This document shows positions 54,969-63,639 of a DNA stretch of 64,000 bases, in pieces. Position numbers and translations under genes: made by a program. This DNA is from Christensenellaceae bacterium. Its GTDB lineage: Bacteria; Bacillota; Clostridia; Christensenellales; CAG-138. Location of the stretch: positions 1,754,591-1,818,590 of the forward strand of contig OY762962.1 in assembly GCA_963667195.1 (NCBI GenBank), in the 5' to 3' direction. The notes beneath the pieces were generated by a model. The model was not told the DNA's origin, made no database searches, and saw nothing but the letters and a program-made list of their open reading frames with translations. Each line of letters begins with the position of its first letter. The first letter of the stretch is position 1.

Positions 54969-55475
54969 ATGTTCAAGGCATCTGTGATCACGGTCAGCGA
55001 CAAAGGCTCTCGCGGAGAGCGCGAGGATACCTCGGGTCCGCTCGCGGCGAGCCTCTTACAACAGGCGGGGTATGAGGTGATTGCGGTCACCATTGTGCCG
55101 GACGAGCAGCCGCTGATCGAGGCGGAGCTCAAGCGGCACGCAGATGAGCTGGGTTCAAACCTGATCCTCACCAGCGGCGGAACGGGCTTTAGTAAGCGGG
55201 ATGTCACGCCGGAGGCGACAATTGCCGTCTGTGAGCGCATGGCGCCCGGAATTCCGGAGGCGATGCGCGCCTATTGCCTCAACATTACCAACCGCGCGAT
55301 GCTTTCGCGTGCGCAGGCGGGGTTGTATCACGATTCCCTGATCGTCAACCTGCCCGGTAGTCCCAAGGCGGTGCGCGAGAATCTCGAGCCGGTTCTGCCC
55401 GCGCTGGAGCATGGGCTACAGATGCTCCTCGGCACCAAAAACGAGTGCGCAAGTGAACCGAAAGCGCACGTATAA
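54969..55475 (+). CDS. mog: MogA/MoaB family molybdopterin adenylyltransferase
   Basis: VITVSDKGSRGEREDTSGP, LTSGGTGFSKRDVTPEAT and NLPGSPKAV motifs. GGAGG RBS 8 nt upstream. The ORF track start at 54351 overlaps modC and is an artefact. Confidence 0.88.
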   Translation: MFKASVITVSDKGSRGEREDTSGPLAASLLQQAGYEVIAVTIVPDEQPLIEAELKRHADELGSNLILTSGGTGFSKRDVTPEATIAVCERMAPGIPEAMRAYCLNITNRAMLSRAQAGLYHDSLIVNLPGSPKAVRENLEPVLPALEHGLQMLLGTKNECASEPKAHV

Positions 55476-55504
55476 TTTGGTCGATTCAGAAAAACGTCAG
55501 AACG

Positions 55505-55545
55505 AAAAAAACGAGCGCCCTTGATAGGGCGCTCGCCGTGGTTTT
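55505..55545. terminator. bidirectional terminator between mog and the DUF5684-like gene
   Basis: AAAAAAA-CGAGCGCCC-TTGATA-GGGCGCTCG, followed by ..GGTTTTGG. Confidence 0.7.
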
Positions 55546-55558
55546 GGTGCCGGTCTTG

Positions 55559-55936
55559 TTATGCGCTCTGCGGAACGCCCAGATACTCGGATTTGTCAAA
55601 CGCGAGGATGCAGTAGAAGATGATGCTCAGGAAGATGAGGCCGACCGCGAAGCCGCCGCTCTTGCCAAAGGCTTTTGCGAGTTTCACCATGGTGATGATC
55701 GCAAACACGATGTTCGCAATCGGGATCAAGAGGAACAGGAACTTCCAGCCGTTGCCCCAGGTGATCTCAAAGAGCACGTAGATGTTGTAGAACGGGATGA
55801 TTGCGGCCCAACCGGGTTTGCCCGCCTTTTCGAAGATCTTCCACATGGCGACGATTGCCAGAACCGCGAACGCCAAACTCAGAAACGTCATACCCGGGCT
55901 TGGCTTTGCATAGTAATCGTAGTAGTAGTTTTCCAT
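55559..55936 (-). CDS. small membrane protein, DUF5684-like
   Basis: 125 aa. The KAGKPGWAAIIPFYNIYVLFEITWG motif recalls the DUF5684 family. Start at MENYYYDYY, with an AAGGGGGA RBS. Confidence 0.7.
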   Translation of the reverse strand: MENYYYDYYAKPSPGMTFLSLAFAVLAIVAMWKIFEKAGKPGWAAIIPFYNIYVLFEITWGNGWKFLFLLIPIANIVFAIITMVKLAKAFGKSGGFAVGLIFLSIIFYCILAFDKSEYLGVPQSA

Positions 55937-56151
55937 AAACAAATCCCCCTTCAAGTTATATGGATTTTTCGTAACTTGAGTATACCACTTTGGTGCAAAA
56001 AGAAAAGATTGAACTGTGAGTAGGTCACGATAATTCTTTTTGAATAAATAAACAACACGAGTGATAATAATCAACTCACGATGCATTGACAACAGCCGCA
56101 AAATGAGTATGCTTGATGTGTCACATCGAACATCATATCAGGAGGGAAATC

Positions 56152-56793
56152 ATGTCCGCATATTCCATCAGTGCGCTGGAGATACTTCGAAATCCCGCGC
56201 TCACACTCAAGTGGTACGTTGTACCAATGTTGCTTGTCGTTATGTACGTCTACAACAAAGAGATTTCCGCGAAGAACTGGAACGTCGTGCTCGGCGGAGC
56301 CGCTCTCTGGGGCATGGACCTGTTCAACGAAATCTGGAACAGCATCGTCTTCCATGCGACGGGGTTTGCACCCGTTTGGGGGACTCCCACCGGCGTTGGA
56401 GACACGGCGCTGCTGCTGCTGATCGGCTACAACATCGAGATTTCGTTCATGTTCGCGATGATGGGTATCGTCGTCTGTCTGACGCTGCCGAAAGACCCCA
56501 AGGCGAAGATTCTCGGCATCAACAACCGCGTGTTCATGGCGGTGATCTATACCACGCTCGCGGTGTGCATCGAGTGCTTCCTCAACTATGCGGGTCTGCT
56601 CACGTGGGAGTATCCGTGGTGGAGCCGCTCCTGCCCGTACCTCGTGTGGCTGATCGGCTACCTGCCGTTCTTCACGATGGCGTTTGTCGTGCACGATATG
56701 AAGAAGATGAAGAACAAATTCATCGCACTCGGCATCATCTTCGGCGTGGACATCCTCTCGTTGGTGGTGTTCGGGCTGATGGGGTGGATGTAA
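56152..56793 (+). CDS. hypothetical polytopic membrane protein
   Basis: 213 aa, Trp-rich, about 6 hydrophobic segments. Strong CAGGAGGG RBS before the ATG at 56152. No family recognised. Confidence 0.65.
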   Translation: MSAYSISALEILRNPALTLKWYVVPMLLVVMYVYNKEISAKNWNVVLGGAALWGMDLFNEIWNSIVFHATGFAPVWGTPTGVGDTALLLLIGYNIEISFMFAMMGIVVCLTLPKDPKAKILGINNRVFMAVIYTTLAVCIECFLNYAGLLTWEYPWWSRSCPYLVWLIGYLPFFTMAFVVHDMKKMKNKFIALGIIFGVDILSLVVFGLMGWM

Positions 56794-56823
56794 GCATTGC
56801 TCATTAAGATTACGTATAAGAAG

Positions 56824-56853
56824 CAGGACAGGGTTCGCCTTGTCCTGTTTTTT
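56824..56853 (+). terminator. Rho-independent terminator
   Basis: CAGGACAGGG-TTCG-CCTTGTCCTG followed by TTTTTT. Confidence 0.75.
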
Positions 56854-56979
56854 GAATAGACGGAAAAACAAATTGATAGTAAAATACACATAAATACGCT
56901 TGAAATCATCATTTCCTGCGATTTGTATCGAAGTTAGTGGTATCTCGGGAAAATAAGGCGGTTTGATCGGAGAAGGAAC

Positions 56980-57399
56980 ATGCAATACATGCTCGATTAC
57001 TTAGAGGTAAACGGCATCTTGCTTGCGTTTGCTTTACTCATGTTTGGAGTAGCTTCCTTTTACATGATTCGAAAAGCAATTCGCGCGAAATATCTCCTTT
57101 GGCCATATCTACGAGCGGCGATTGTTGTGCTCTATTTTTCGATTTTTCCGATCTTGCTGATTGGCCCAACAGCCGCGATGACTTGCGATGCGATCACGCA
57201 TCATACGGTAGAGGAAACAATCGTTGTTGCGGGATTTGACGGAGACAATCGAACGGATTGGATCATCAGCGGAAAAACGAAATATGTGATTCAGGAAGAG
57301 GATCTGGAGAGCAACGATATCAGGATTGGAGATCGACTCCATATCGTCAGCAGCAAATGCGCGCATTTTATATTTGAAGTAGAGAATTTGGATGATTGA
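56980..57399 (+). CDS. hypothetical membrane protein (2 TM plus a ~70-aa soluble tail)
   Basis: An ORF in the AT-richer segment that overlaps the next ORF by 8 nt. No family recognised. Confidence 0.55.
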   Translation: MQYMLDYLEVNGILLAFALLMFGVASFYMIRKAIRAKYLLWPYLRAAIVVLYFSIFPILLIGPTAAMTCDAITHHTVEETIVVAGFDGDNRTDWIISGKTKYVIQEEDLESNDIRIGDRLHIVSSKCAHFIFEVENLDD

Positions 57400-58036
57400 A
57401 TCTGAGCACAACGGTGAAAAGGGAACGATGAGAACGACTATCAAAGCAATCAACACTTGGAAATACTACTATGCGGTTTACACGCAGATAGTTCTGCTTG
57501 CGATTGTTGTTTTCCTGATCATAACAGAAACGGATAATACAGTATTCTTTGTAATGCTGGGACTGCTATTGGCTGCGGGCTTGATGTTCTTTGGCGTGGC
57601 TGGCGCGTTCATTACCACCCGCGTCAAACTCAGCAAAGAAGGATTTGTTCAGACTTGCTTGTTTGGACTCAGACGATATGAAGTCAAGTGGGAAGAATGT
57701 ATCGGATATGTATTTGTCTTTACTCAAATGCAGGTTTATACGACTCCATTTATCCTTTTCTCGAAGGAATGGGCATATAAAGGAATCAATCAAGATGGTA
57801 CATTCGACTGGGAGTATTATCGTTTTGAGCCGGGGCATTATTCAAACCCCAGAGTTGGACGAGACCTTTGTCAATTAGAATATACACTGAAGATGTATCA
57901 AATACTTCGGGAGTATTTGCCGGAGCATATCCGAAAAGAGCTGGATGAGCAGACGAATGCTTTTCAGGAAGCGCTGCCGGTTATCTCGCCGTACGTGAAG
58001 GCGAAAAACTTCTTCGGCATCGGCAAGAAGAAGTAG
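57392..58036 (+). CDS. hypothetical membrane protein (2 TM plus a ~130-aa soluble domain)
   Basis: An ORF in the AT-richer segment. An ATG at 57428 is an alternative start. No family recognised. Confidence 0.55.
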   Translation: MIESEHNGEKGTMRTTIKAINTWKYYYAVYTQIVLLAIVVFLIITETDNTVFFVMLGLLLAAGLMFFGVAGAFITTRVKLSKEGFVQTCLFGLRRYEVKWEECIGYVFVFTQMQVYTTPFILFSKEWAYKGINQDGTFDWEYYRFEPGHYSNPRVGRDLCQLEYTLKMYQILREYLPEHIRKELDEQTNAFQEALPVISPYVKAKNFFGIGKKK

Positions 58037-58089
58037 AGAATTGAGATGAACAAAAGACGCTCCATCCCAAGAGTCCTCAGCCCATCGTC

Positions 58090-58122
58090 AAACCCCGTGT
58101 TTCAAGCGAGACATGGGGTTTT
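58090..58122 (+). terminator. putative terminator
   Basis: AAACCCCGTGT, 10-nt loop, ACATGGGGTTTT (one G-U pair). Confidence 0.5.
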
Positions 58123-58148
58123 CCATTCCGGATGTACCCTAAAGCATA

Positions 58149-58162
58149 CGAACATATGTACG
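58149..58162. promoter_or_regulatory. LexA (Cheo/SOS) box
   Basis: CGAACATATGTACG matches the Firmicutes consensus CGAACATATGTTCG at 13 of 14 positions and abuts the -35 hexamer. Confidence 0.65.
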
Positions 58163-58191
58163 TTGACAAGAAAGTTTCCTCAGTATAAAAT
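58163..58191 (+). promoter_or_regulatory. sigmaA promoter of the Y-family polymerase operon
   Basis: TTGACA, 17-nt spacer, TAAAAT. Confidence 0.55.
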
Positions 58192-58271
58192 ATGATTATA
58201 CGATCAAACGGACATACGTGAAGCGGTTGGACCGATCAATCTATGTTTTTTGAGGCAACCGGAGAAGAAAC

Positions 58272-59795
58272 GTGAAAGACAGGTACTATATCGCAATCGA
58301 CTTAAAATCCTTCTATGCTTCGGTCGAATGTGTGGAACGAGGCCTTGATCCCTTGACCACGAACTTAGTCGTCGCGGATATCGGCCGCACCGAAAAAACG
58401 ATTTGTCTCGCTGTTTCTCCTTCCCTCAAAGCATATGGCATCCCCGGCAGGCCCAGACTGTTTGAGGTCGTGCAGAAAGTCAGGGAGATCAATGCCAAAA
58501 GGATACGATTCGCACCGGGACATGCTTTTACGGGAACCTCCTTCAGCGATCCGGAATTGAAATCCTCACCGCATCTTGCACTGGATTATATTGCCGCCCG
58601 TCCAAGAATGGCGCTCTATATCGAGTACAGCACGCGGATTTACAACATTTACCTGAAGTACATCGCGCCTGAAGATATCCATGTTTACTCCGTCGACGAA
58701 GTGTTCATCGACGCTACTGACTATCTGGCTGCCCGTCATCTTTCGGTCCGCGAGCTTGCCGCGGAAATGCTGCGGGATGTGCTCGATACGACCGGCATTA
58801 CGGCAACAGCGGGCATCGGCACGAACCTGTATCTTGCCAAGATCGCAATGGATATTCAAGCCAAGCATTGTTCGCCCGATCGAAACGGCATGCGGATCGC
58901 CGAGCTGGACGAGATGAGCTATCGCCGCCAGCTGTGGGAACACCGGCCGTTGATCGATTTCTGGCGCGTCGGACATGGATATGCAAAAAAGCTGGGGGAA
59001 TATGGCCTCTTTACGATGGGAGATATTGCGCGGTGCTCGCTTGGCAAATCGACCGACTATTACAATGAGGATTTACTGTACAAGTTGTTCGGCATCAATG
59101 CGGAGCTTTTGATCGATCATGCTTGGGGGTGGGAGCCATGTACGATCGCCGATATTAAAGCGTATCAGCCAAGTGCAAACAGCATTGGCTCGGGACAGGT
59201 GCTGCAGCACGCCTATTCCTTTGAAAAAGCGAAACTGATCGTACGGGAAATGGCTGATCTGCTGGTACTTGACATGGTGGAAAAAGGACTTGTGACCGAC
59301 CAACTCGTATTGGCGGTTGGATACGATATTGAAAATCTGACAGATCCGCGGATTCGAAGCGCCTATCACGGGGAGGTTACTACGGATCACTATGGGCGCA
59401 CGGTTCCAAAATCGGCGCACGGTTCGGTGAATCTCGAGAGGCAAACTTCTTCCACAAAACTGCTCCTGGATGCCGCCATAGAATTATTTGAGCGGATCGT
59501 CGACAAGAAGCTGCTGATCAGAAGAATCAACATCGCGGCGAATCATGTTGTAGATGGAGCGGCGGCAAAAAAAAAGAACAGCTGCGAACAGCTGAATCTC
59601 TTTACGGATTATGCAGTTGTACAATCCCAAAAAGAGGTTGAGGAAGCCGAGTTTGCGCGGGAGAAGCAGATGCAGAACGCTATGCTGGAGATCAAAAAGA
59701 AATACGGGAAGAACGCGATTTTAAAGGGCATGAATTTGAAGGACGGCGCCACTACAATCGATCGCAATTGCCAGATTGGAGGGCATAAAGCATGA
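58272..59795 (+). CDS. Y-family (translesion) DNA polymerase, UmuC/UvrX/YqjW-like
   Basis: IAIDLKSFYASVE and YSVDEVFID catalytic motifs. GTG start after a GGAGAAG RBS. Confidence 0.88.
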   Translation: MKDRYYIAIDLKSFYASVECVERGLDPLTTNLVVADIGRTEKTICLAVSPSLKAYGIPGRPRLFEVVQKVREINAKRIRFAPGHAFTGTSFSDPELKSSPHLALDYIAARPRMALYIEYSTRIYNIYLKYIAPEDIHVYSVDEVFIDATDYLAARHLSVRELAAEMLRDVLDTTGITATAGIGTNLYLAKIAMDIQAKHCSPDRNGMRIAELDEMSYRRQLWEHRPLIDFWRVGHGYAKKLGEYGLFTMGDIARCSLGKSTDYYNEDLLYKLFGINAELLIDHAWGWEPCTIADIKAYQPSANSIGSGQVLQHAYSFEKAKLIVREMADLLVLDMVEKGLVTDQLVLAVGYDIENLTDPRIRSAYHGEVTTDHYGRTVPKSAHGSVNLERQTSSTKLLLDAAIELFERIVDKKLLIRRINIAANHVVDGAAAKKKNSCEQLNLFTDYAVVQSQKEVEEAEFAREKQMQNAMLEIKKKYGKNAILKGMNLKDGATTIDRNCQIGGHKA

Positions 59796-60241
59796 CGGGA
59801 GGATATGACGACATCATCGATCAAGCGCGCCATGTTTCGACCACACGTTGCCGTATGGCAACCATTGACCGGGCGGCGCAGTTTTCCCCGTTCGCAGCAC
59901 TCAGCGGTTATGGCGACGCCATCAAGGAAACCGCAAGATTAACGAACAAAAGTATAGAACTGGACGAGGACAGGAAGAACGCTTTGAGCGACAGGCTGCA
60001 ACAGATCGCAGATCGGATCAGCGAACATCCCGAAATTACATTCACCTACTTTCTGCCGGATGCAAAAAAGAACGGCGGTGAATATGTTACTATGCGCGGT
60101 GCGGTGAAAAGGATTGACGCTTTGCAGCGAGTGGTGATGCTGTTCGACTACACAGGAATTCCATTTGATGAGATCATCAACATAGAGGGCCGGATGTTTG
60201 AACCGATCGACCTGAATTGCATGTGCGATTCCAGTACATAA
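59792..60241 (+). CDS. YolD-like protein (UmuD-equivalent accessory factor of Gram-positive Y-family polymerases)
   Basis: RAAQFSPFAALSGY motif typical of the YolD-like family. 4-nt overlap with the polymerase gene. Confidence 0.8.
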   Translation: MTGGYDDIIDQARHVSTTRCRMATIDRAAQFSPFAALSGYGDAIKETARLTNKSIELDEDRKNALSDRLQQIADRISEHPEITFTYFLPDAKKNGGEYVTMRGAVKRIDALQRVVMLFDYTGIPFDEIINIEGRMFEPIDLNCMCDSST

Positions 60242-60252
60242 CCTTATTGGGG

Positions 60253-61023
60253 TTACAGCGAAATCCCGAACAAGTCCATCGCGTTCCGGTAGGTCGCGGC
60301 TGCCGCTTCTTCCAGCGAAATATTGCGCACCTTCGCGAGGGTTTCCAGCGTGAGGTGGATCAATAATGGGCTGTTGCGCTCACCGCGGTGCGGTTCCGGC
60401 GTCATATACGGGCAGTCGGTCTCGATCACGAGCCGCTCCAGCGGAAGCTTTTCCGCGATGCAGCGTTGTTTCGTGGCGTTCTTAAACGTCAGCGCGCCGC
60501 CAAACGCGATATAGTACCCCATGTCGATATAGCGCACCGCGTCCTCTAAACTTCCAGAGTAGCAGTGCAGCACGCCGCTCAGGCGACCCTTACGCGCGGA
60601 GAGCATGCTCATCACATCCCCGTGCGCCTCGCGGTCGTGGATGATGACGGGCTTTTTTGCTGCAATCGCGAGGTCGAGCTGGTTGGCAAACGCTTCTCGC
60701 TGCGCCTCGCGCGGAGAAAAGTCGTAGTGGTAGTCGAGACCGATCTCGCCGACCGCTACGATCTTTTTTTGCTCCAACGCGCGTTCCACGCGGAGCAGGT
60801 TTGTGTTGTCCGCCTTGCTCGCGGAGTGCGGATGGATGCCCGCGCTGCCGTAGACAAAGTCGTAGAGCAGCGTGAGCGCCTGAATCTTCGGGATATCCTC
60901 CGCCTCGACGCAGGCTTCGACAAAACCGCGCACGCCCGCGCCGGGCAGCGACGCGATGAGCGTATTGCGATCCTCGTCAAACTTGTCGTCGAGCAGATGC
61001 GCGTGTGTATCAAAAAGTTGCAT
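60253..61023 (-). CDS. TatD family metal-dependent hydrolase
   Basis: MQLFDTHAHL start with conserved His/Asp metal ligands. Position downstream of metG matches the arrangement in many Firmicutes. Confidence 0.9.
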   Translation of the reverse strand: MQLFDTHAHLLDDKFDEDRNTLIASLPGAGVRGFVEACVEAEDIPKIQALTLLYDFVYGSAGIHPHSASKADNTNLLRVERALEQKKIVAVGEIGLDYHYDFSPREAQREAFANQLDLAIAAKKPVIIHDREAHGDVMSMLSARKGRLSGVLHCYSGSLEDAVRYIDMGYYIAFGGALTFKNATKQRCIAEKLPLERLVIETDCPYMTPEPHRGERNSPLLIHLTLETLAKVRNISLEEAAAATYRNAMDLFGISL

Positions 61024-61043
61024 GTGTTCTCTTTCGCTGCAAA

Positions 61044-61592
61044 TTAAGCCAATCCGGTCAGGTCGAGATCCATCAGAATCTCGTCATAATAGGTGCCGCG
61101 GACGTTGATTCTCGCCTTGTGGCGACCAACTTCGACAAAGCCAAAGCGCTGGTAGAGCGCGATGGCTCTCTCGTTTCCTTCGCGCACCTCCAGCGAGAGC
61201 GTGCGAAGGAAGTTGGTGCTCTTCGCGAAGTCGATCATCGCCTGCATGGCGATGCCGCCGATGCCGAGGCGCCAGTAAGCGCGCTTGATGGTGATCGCAA
61301 CGCCGCCGACATGCGCGATTCTCGGCCTGCCCGCCGCGCGAACGTCACAGACCAGCACGATTTCGCCGTCGATGGTGCCCACGAACATCTTTGTGTTCGC
61401 GGCAGACAACGTGCCGGTGATCCAGCTCTGCTCGCCTTCCAGCGTGAGGCCCTCGATGCCGTTTTCGTCCGCGAGGAGATAGTCCGTCTCGCCGCCGACG
61501 ATCTTGAGATAGTCGATCATCTCCTGCGCGTCATCCAACATCGGATCACGCAGAATCAGCGTGCGTCCGTCTTTTAATATGTGCTCACTCAT
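61044..61592 (-). CDS. GNAT family N-acetyltransferase
   Basis: 182 aa with an acetyl-CoA-binding core (RLGIGGIAMQAMIDFA). Confidence 0.8.
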   Translation of the reverse strand: MSEHILKDGRTLILRDPMLDDAQEMIDYLKIVGGETDYLLADENGIEGLTLEGEQSWITGTLSAANTKMFVGTIDGEIVLVCDVRAAGRPRIAHVGGVAITIKRAYWRLGIGGIAMQAMIDFAKSTNFLRTLSLEVREGNERAIALYQRFGFVEVGRHKARINVRGTYYDEILMDLDLTGLA

Positions 61593-61613
61593 ATAAACCT
61601 CGCAGCGGATTGA

Positions 61614-63629
61614 TTAGCGCACTTTCAAGCCGCTCTCCATATTCGCCAGCGTGGTCAGCGCGGAGAGGTTTTCGTCGGCCGCGTCGGAGGCGCAGAGGAT
61701 CATGCCGTGGCTCTCCACGCCGCAGAGCGTGACGGGCTTGAGGTTTGCAACCAGCACGACCGTCTTGCCGACGAGGTCGTCCGGCGTGTACCACTGCTTG
61801 ATGCCGGAGACGACGGTGCGGTTTTCTTCGCCCACTTCCAGCGTCAGCTTCAAGAGCTTTTTGCTCTTCTTGATCTCTTCGCAGGCGACGACCTTCGCCA
61901 GCCGCAGATCGACTTTCGCGAAGTCGTCATACTCGATCTCGGACGGGGCTTCTTCCTCGCCGTGTCCGTGTTTCGCGGGTGCAGGGGCTGCTTCCGCCGG
62001 TGCCGGTGCTGCTGCGGGTGCTTCCTGCGCGGGAGCCAGCGCTGCCTTTGCCTTTTCCGCTTCCGCCGCGAAATAGGCGAGCTCCGCCTCCGCGTCGATG
62101 CGGGGGAACAGGGCCTCGCCCTTGTGCACGACGGAGCCGGGGACGCTGCCGCCCCACGCGATGGACTCAATCGAAGATTGCGCGGGCGCGGTGCCGAGCT
62201 GGGCCAGCATCTTTGCGGGCGTGCTCGTGAGATACGGAGTCAGCAGTATCGCGACGATACGCAGGCTCTCCGCAAGGTTATACAGCACCGTCTTAAGCCG
62301 CTCCTGACCCGCCTCGCTCTTGGCGAGCGACCAGGGCGCGGTCACGTCGATGTATTTGTTGCAAGCGCCGACGAGCTTCCAAATCTCCGCGAGCGCGTCG
62401 GGAATATGCAGCTCGTTCATCTGCGCGTCCACCTTCGCGGGCAGCTCTTTAGCGAGCGCGATCAGCGCCGCGTCCTCCTCCGCCGTGACGGAGGGAGCGG
62501 GCAGCGTGCCGCCGAAATATTTATCGATCATCGCGACCGTGCGGCTGAGCAGGTTGCCGAGGTCGTTTGCAAGGTCGGTGTTGATGCGCGCAATCAGCGC
62601 CTCGTTGGAGAACGTGCCATCCGAACCAAACGGTACCTCGCGCAGCAGGAAATAGCGAATCGCATCCACACCGTAGCGCGCACAGAGCGCAACGGGGTCT
62701 ACCACGTTGCCTTTCGACTTACTCATCTTGCCGCCGTCGAGCACGAGCCAGCCGTGGCCGAACACCTGCTTGGGCAGCGGTTCGCCGAGCGCCATGAGCA
62801 TGATCGGCCAGATGATCGTATGAAAACGCACGATCTCCTTGCCCACGATGTGGACGTCCGCCGGCCAGAATTTCCTGTAGAGCGAATCGTCGTCGCTTCC
62901 CCACCCGAGCGCGGTAATGTAGTTGGAGAGCGCGTCCAGCCAGACATAGACCACGTGTTTTTCGTCAAAATTGACCGGGATTCCCCACGTGAAGCTCGTG
63001 CGGCTCACGCACAAATCTTCCAAACCCGGCAGGAGGAAGTTTTGCAGCATCTCGTTGGTGCGGCTGTTGGGCTGGATGAACGTGGGGTTGTCCTTGATGT
63101 ACTGGGTCAGGCGATCGGCATATTTCGAGAGCCGGAAGAAATAGCTTTCCTCCTCGACGAGCTCGACCGGACCGCCGCAGTCGGGACAGACGCCGCCCGC
63201 GTCCTTGACCTGCCGCTCCAGCCAAAAGCTCTCGCACGGGGTGCAATAGAAGCCAGTGTACTTCGATTTATAGATGTCGCCCTGATCATAGAGCTGCTTA
63301 AACATCTTCTGCACGGCCTTGACGTGGTAATCGTCGGTCGTGCGGATGAATTTATCATAGGAGATGTCGAGGAGCTTCCAGAGGTCCTTGAATCCCGCGA
63401 CGATGTTGTCCACGTATTCCTGCGGGGTCACGCCTGCGGCTTTGGCCTTGCGCTCGATCTTCTGGCCGTGTTCGTCCGAACCGGTCAGAAAGAACGTCTC
63501 GTCTCCGCGCTGGCGGTGATAGCGCGCGATGGCGTCCGTCGCGACGGTGCTGTAAGCGTGGCCGATGTGCAGGTTCGCGCTGGGATAATAGATGGGGGTT
63601 GTGATGTAAAACGTCTTTTTCTCTTCCAT
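61614..63629 (-). CDS. metG: methionine--tRNA ligase with a C-terminal tRNA-binding (EMAP/Trbp111-like) domain
   Basis: PIYYPSANLHIGHAY (HIGH) and KMSKSKGN (KMSKS) motifs, a CxxC...CPDCG Zn knuckle and a C-terminal OB-fold domain. Start at MEEKKTFYITT; the ORF track extension to 63794 covers the leader. Confidence 0.95.
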   Translation of the reverse strand: MEEKKTFYITTPIYYPSANLHIGHAYSTVATDAIARYHRQRGDETFFLTGSDEHGQKIERKAKAAGVTPQEYVDNIVAGFKDLWKLLDISYDKFIRTTDDYHVKAVQKMFKQLYDQGDIYKSKYTGFYCTPCESFWLERQVKDAGGVCPDCGGPVELVEEESYFFRLSKYADRLTQYIKDNPTFIQPNSRTNEMLQNFLLPGLEDLCVSRTSFTWGIPVNFDEKHVVYVWLDALSNYITALGWGSDDDSLYRKFWPADVHIVGKEIVRFHTIIWPIMLMALGEPLPKQVFGHGWLVLDGGKMSKSKGNVVDPVALCARYGVDAIRYFLLREVPFGSDGTFSNEALIARINTDLANDLGNLLSRTVAMIDKYFGGTLPAPSVTAEEDAALIALAKELPAKVDAQMNELHIPDALAEIWKLVGACNKYIDVTAPWSLAKSEAGQERLKTVLYNLAESLRIVAILLTPYLTSTPAKMLAQLGTAPAQSSIESIAWGGSVPGSVVHKGEALFPRIDAEAELAYFAAEAEKAKAALAPAQEAPAAAPAPAEAAPAPAKHGHGEEEAPSEIEYDDFAKVDLRLAKVVACEEIKKSKKLLKLTLEVGEENRTVVSGIKQWYTPDDLVGKTVVLVANLKPVTLCGVESHGMILCASDAADENLSALTTLANMESGLKVR

Positions 63630-63639
63630 TTTCGGTGTC

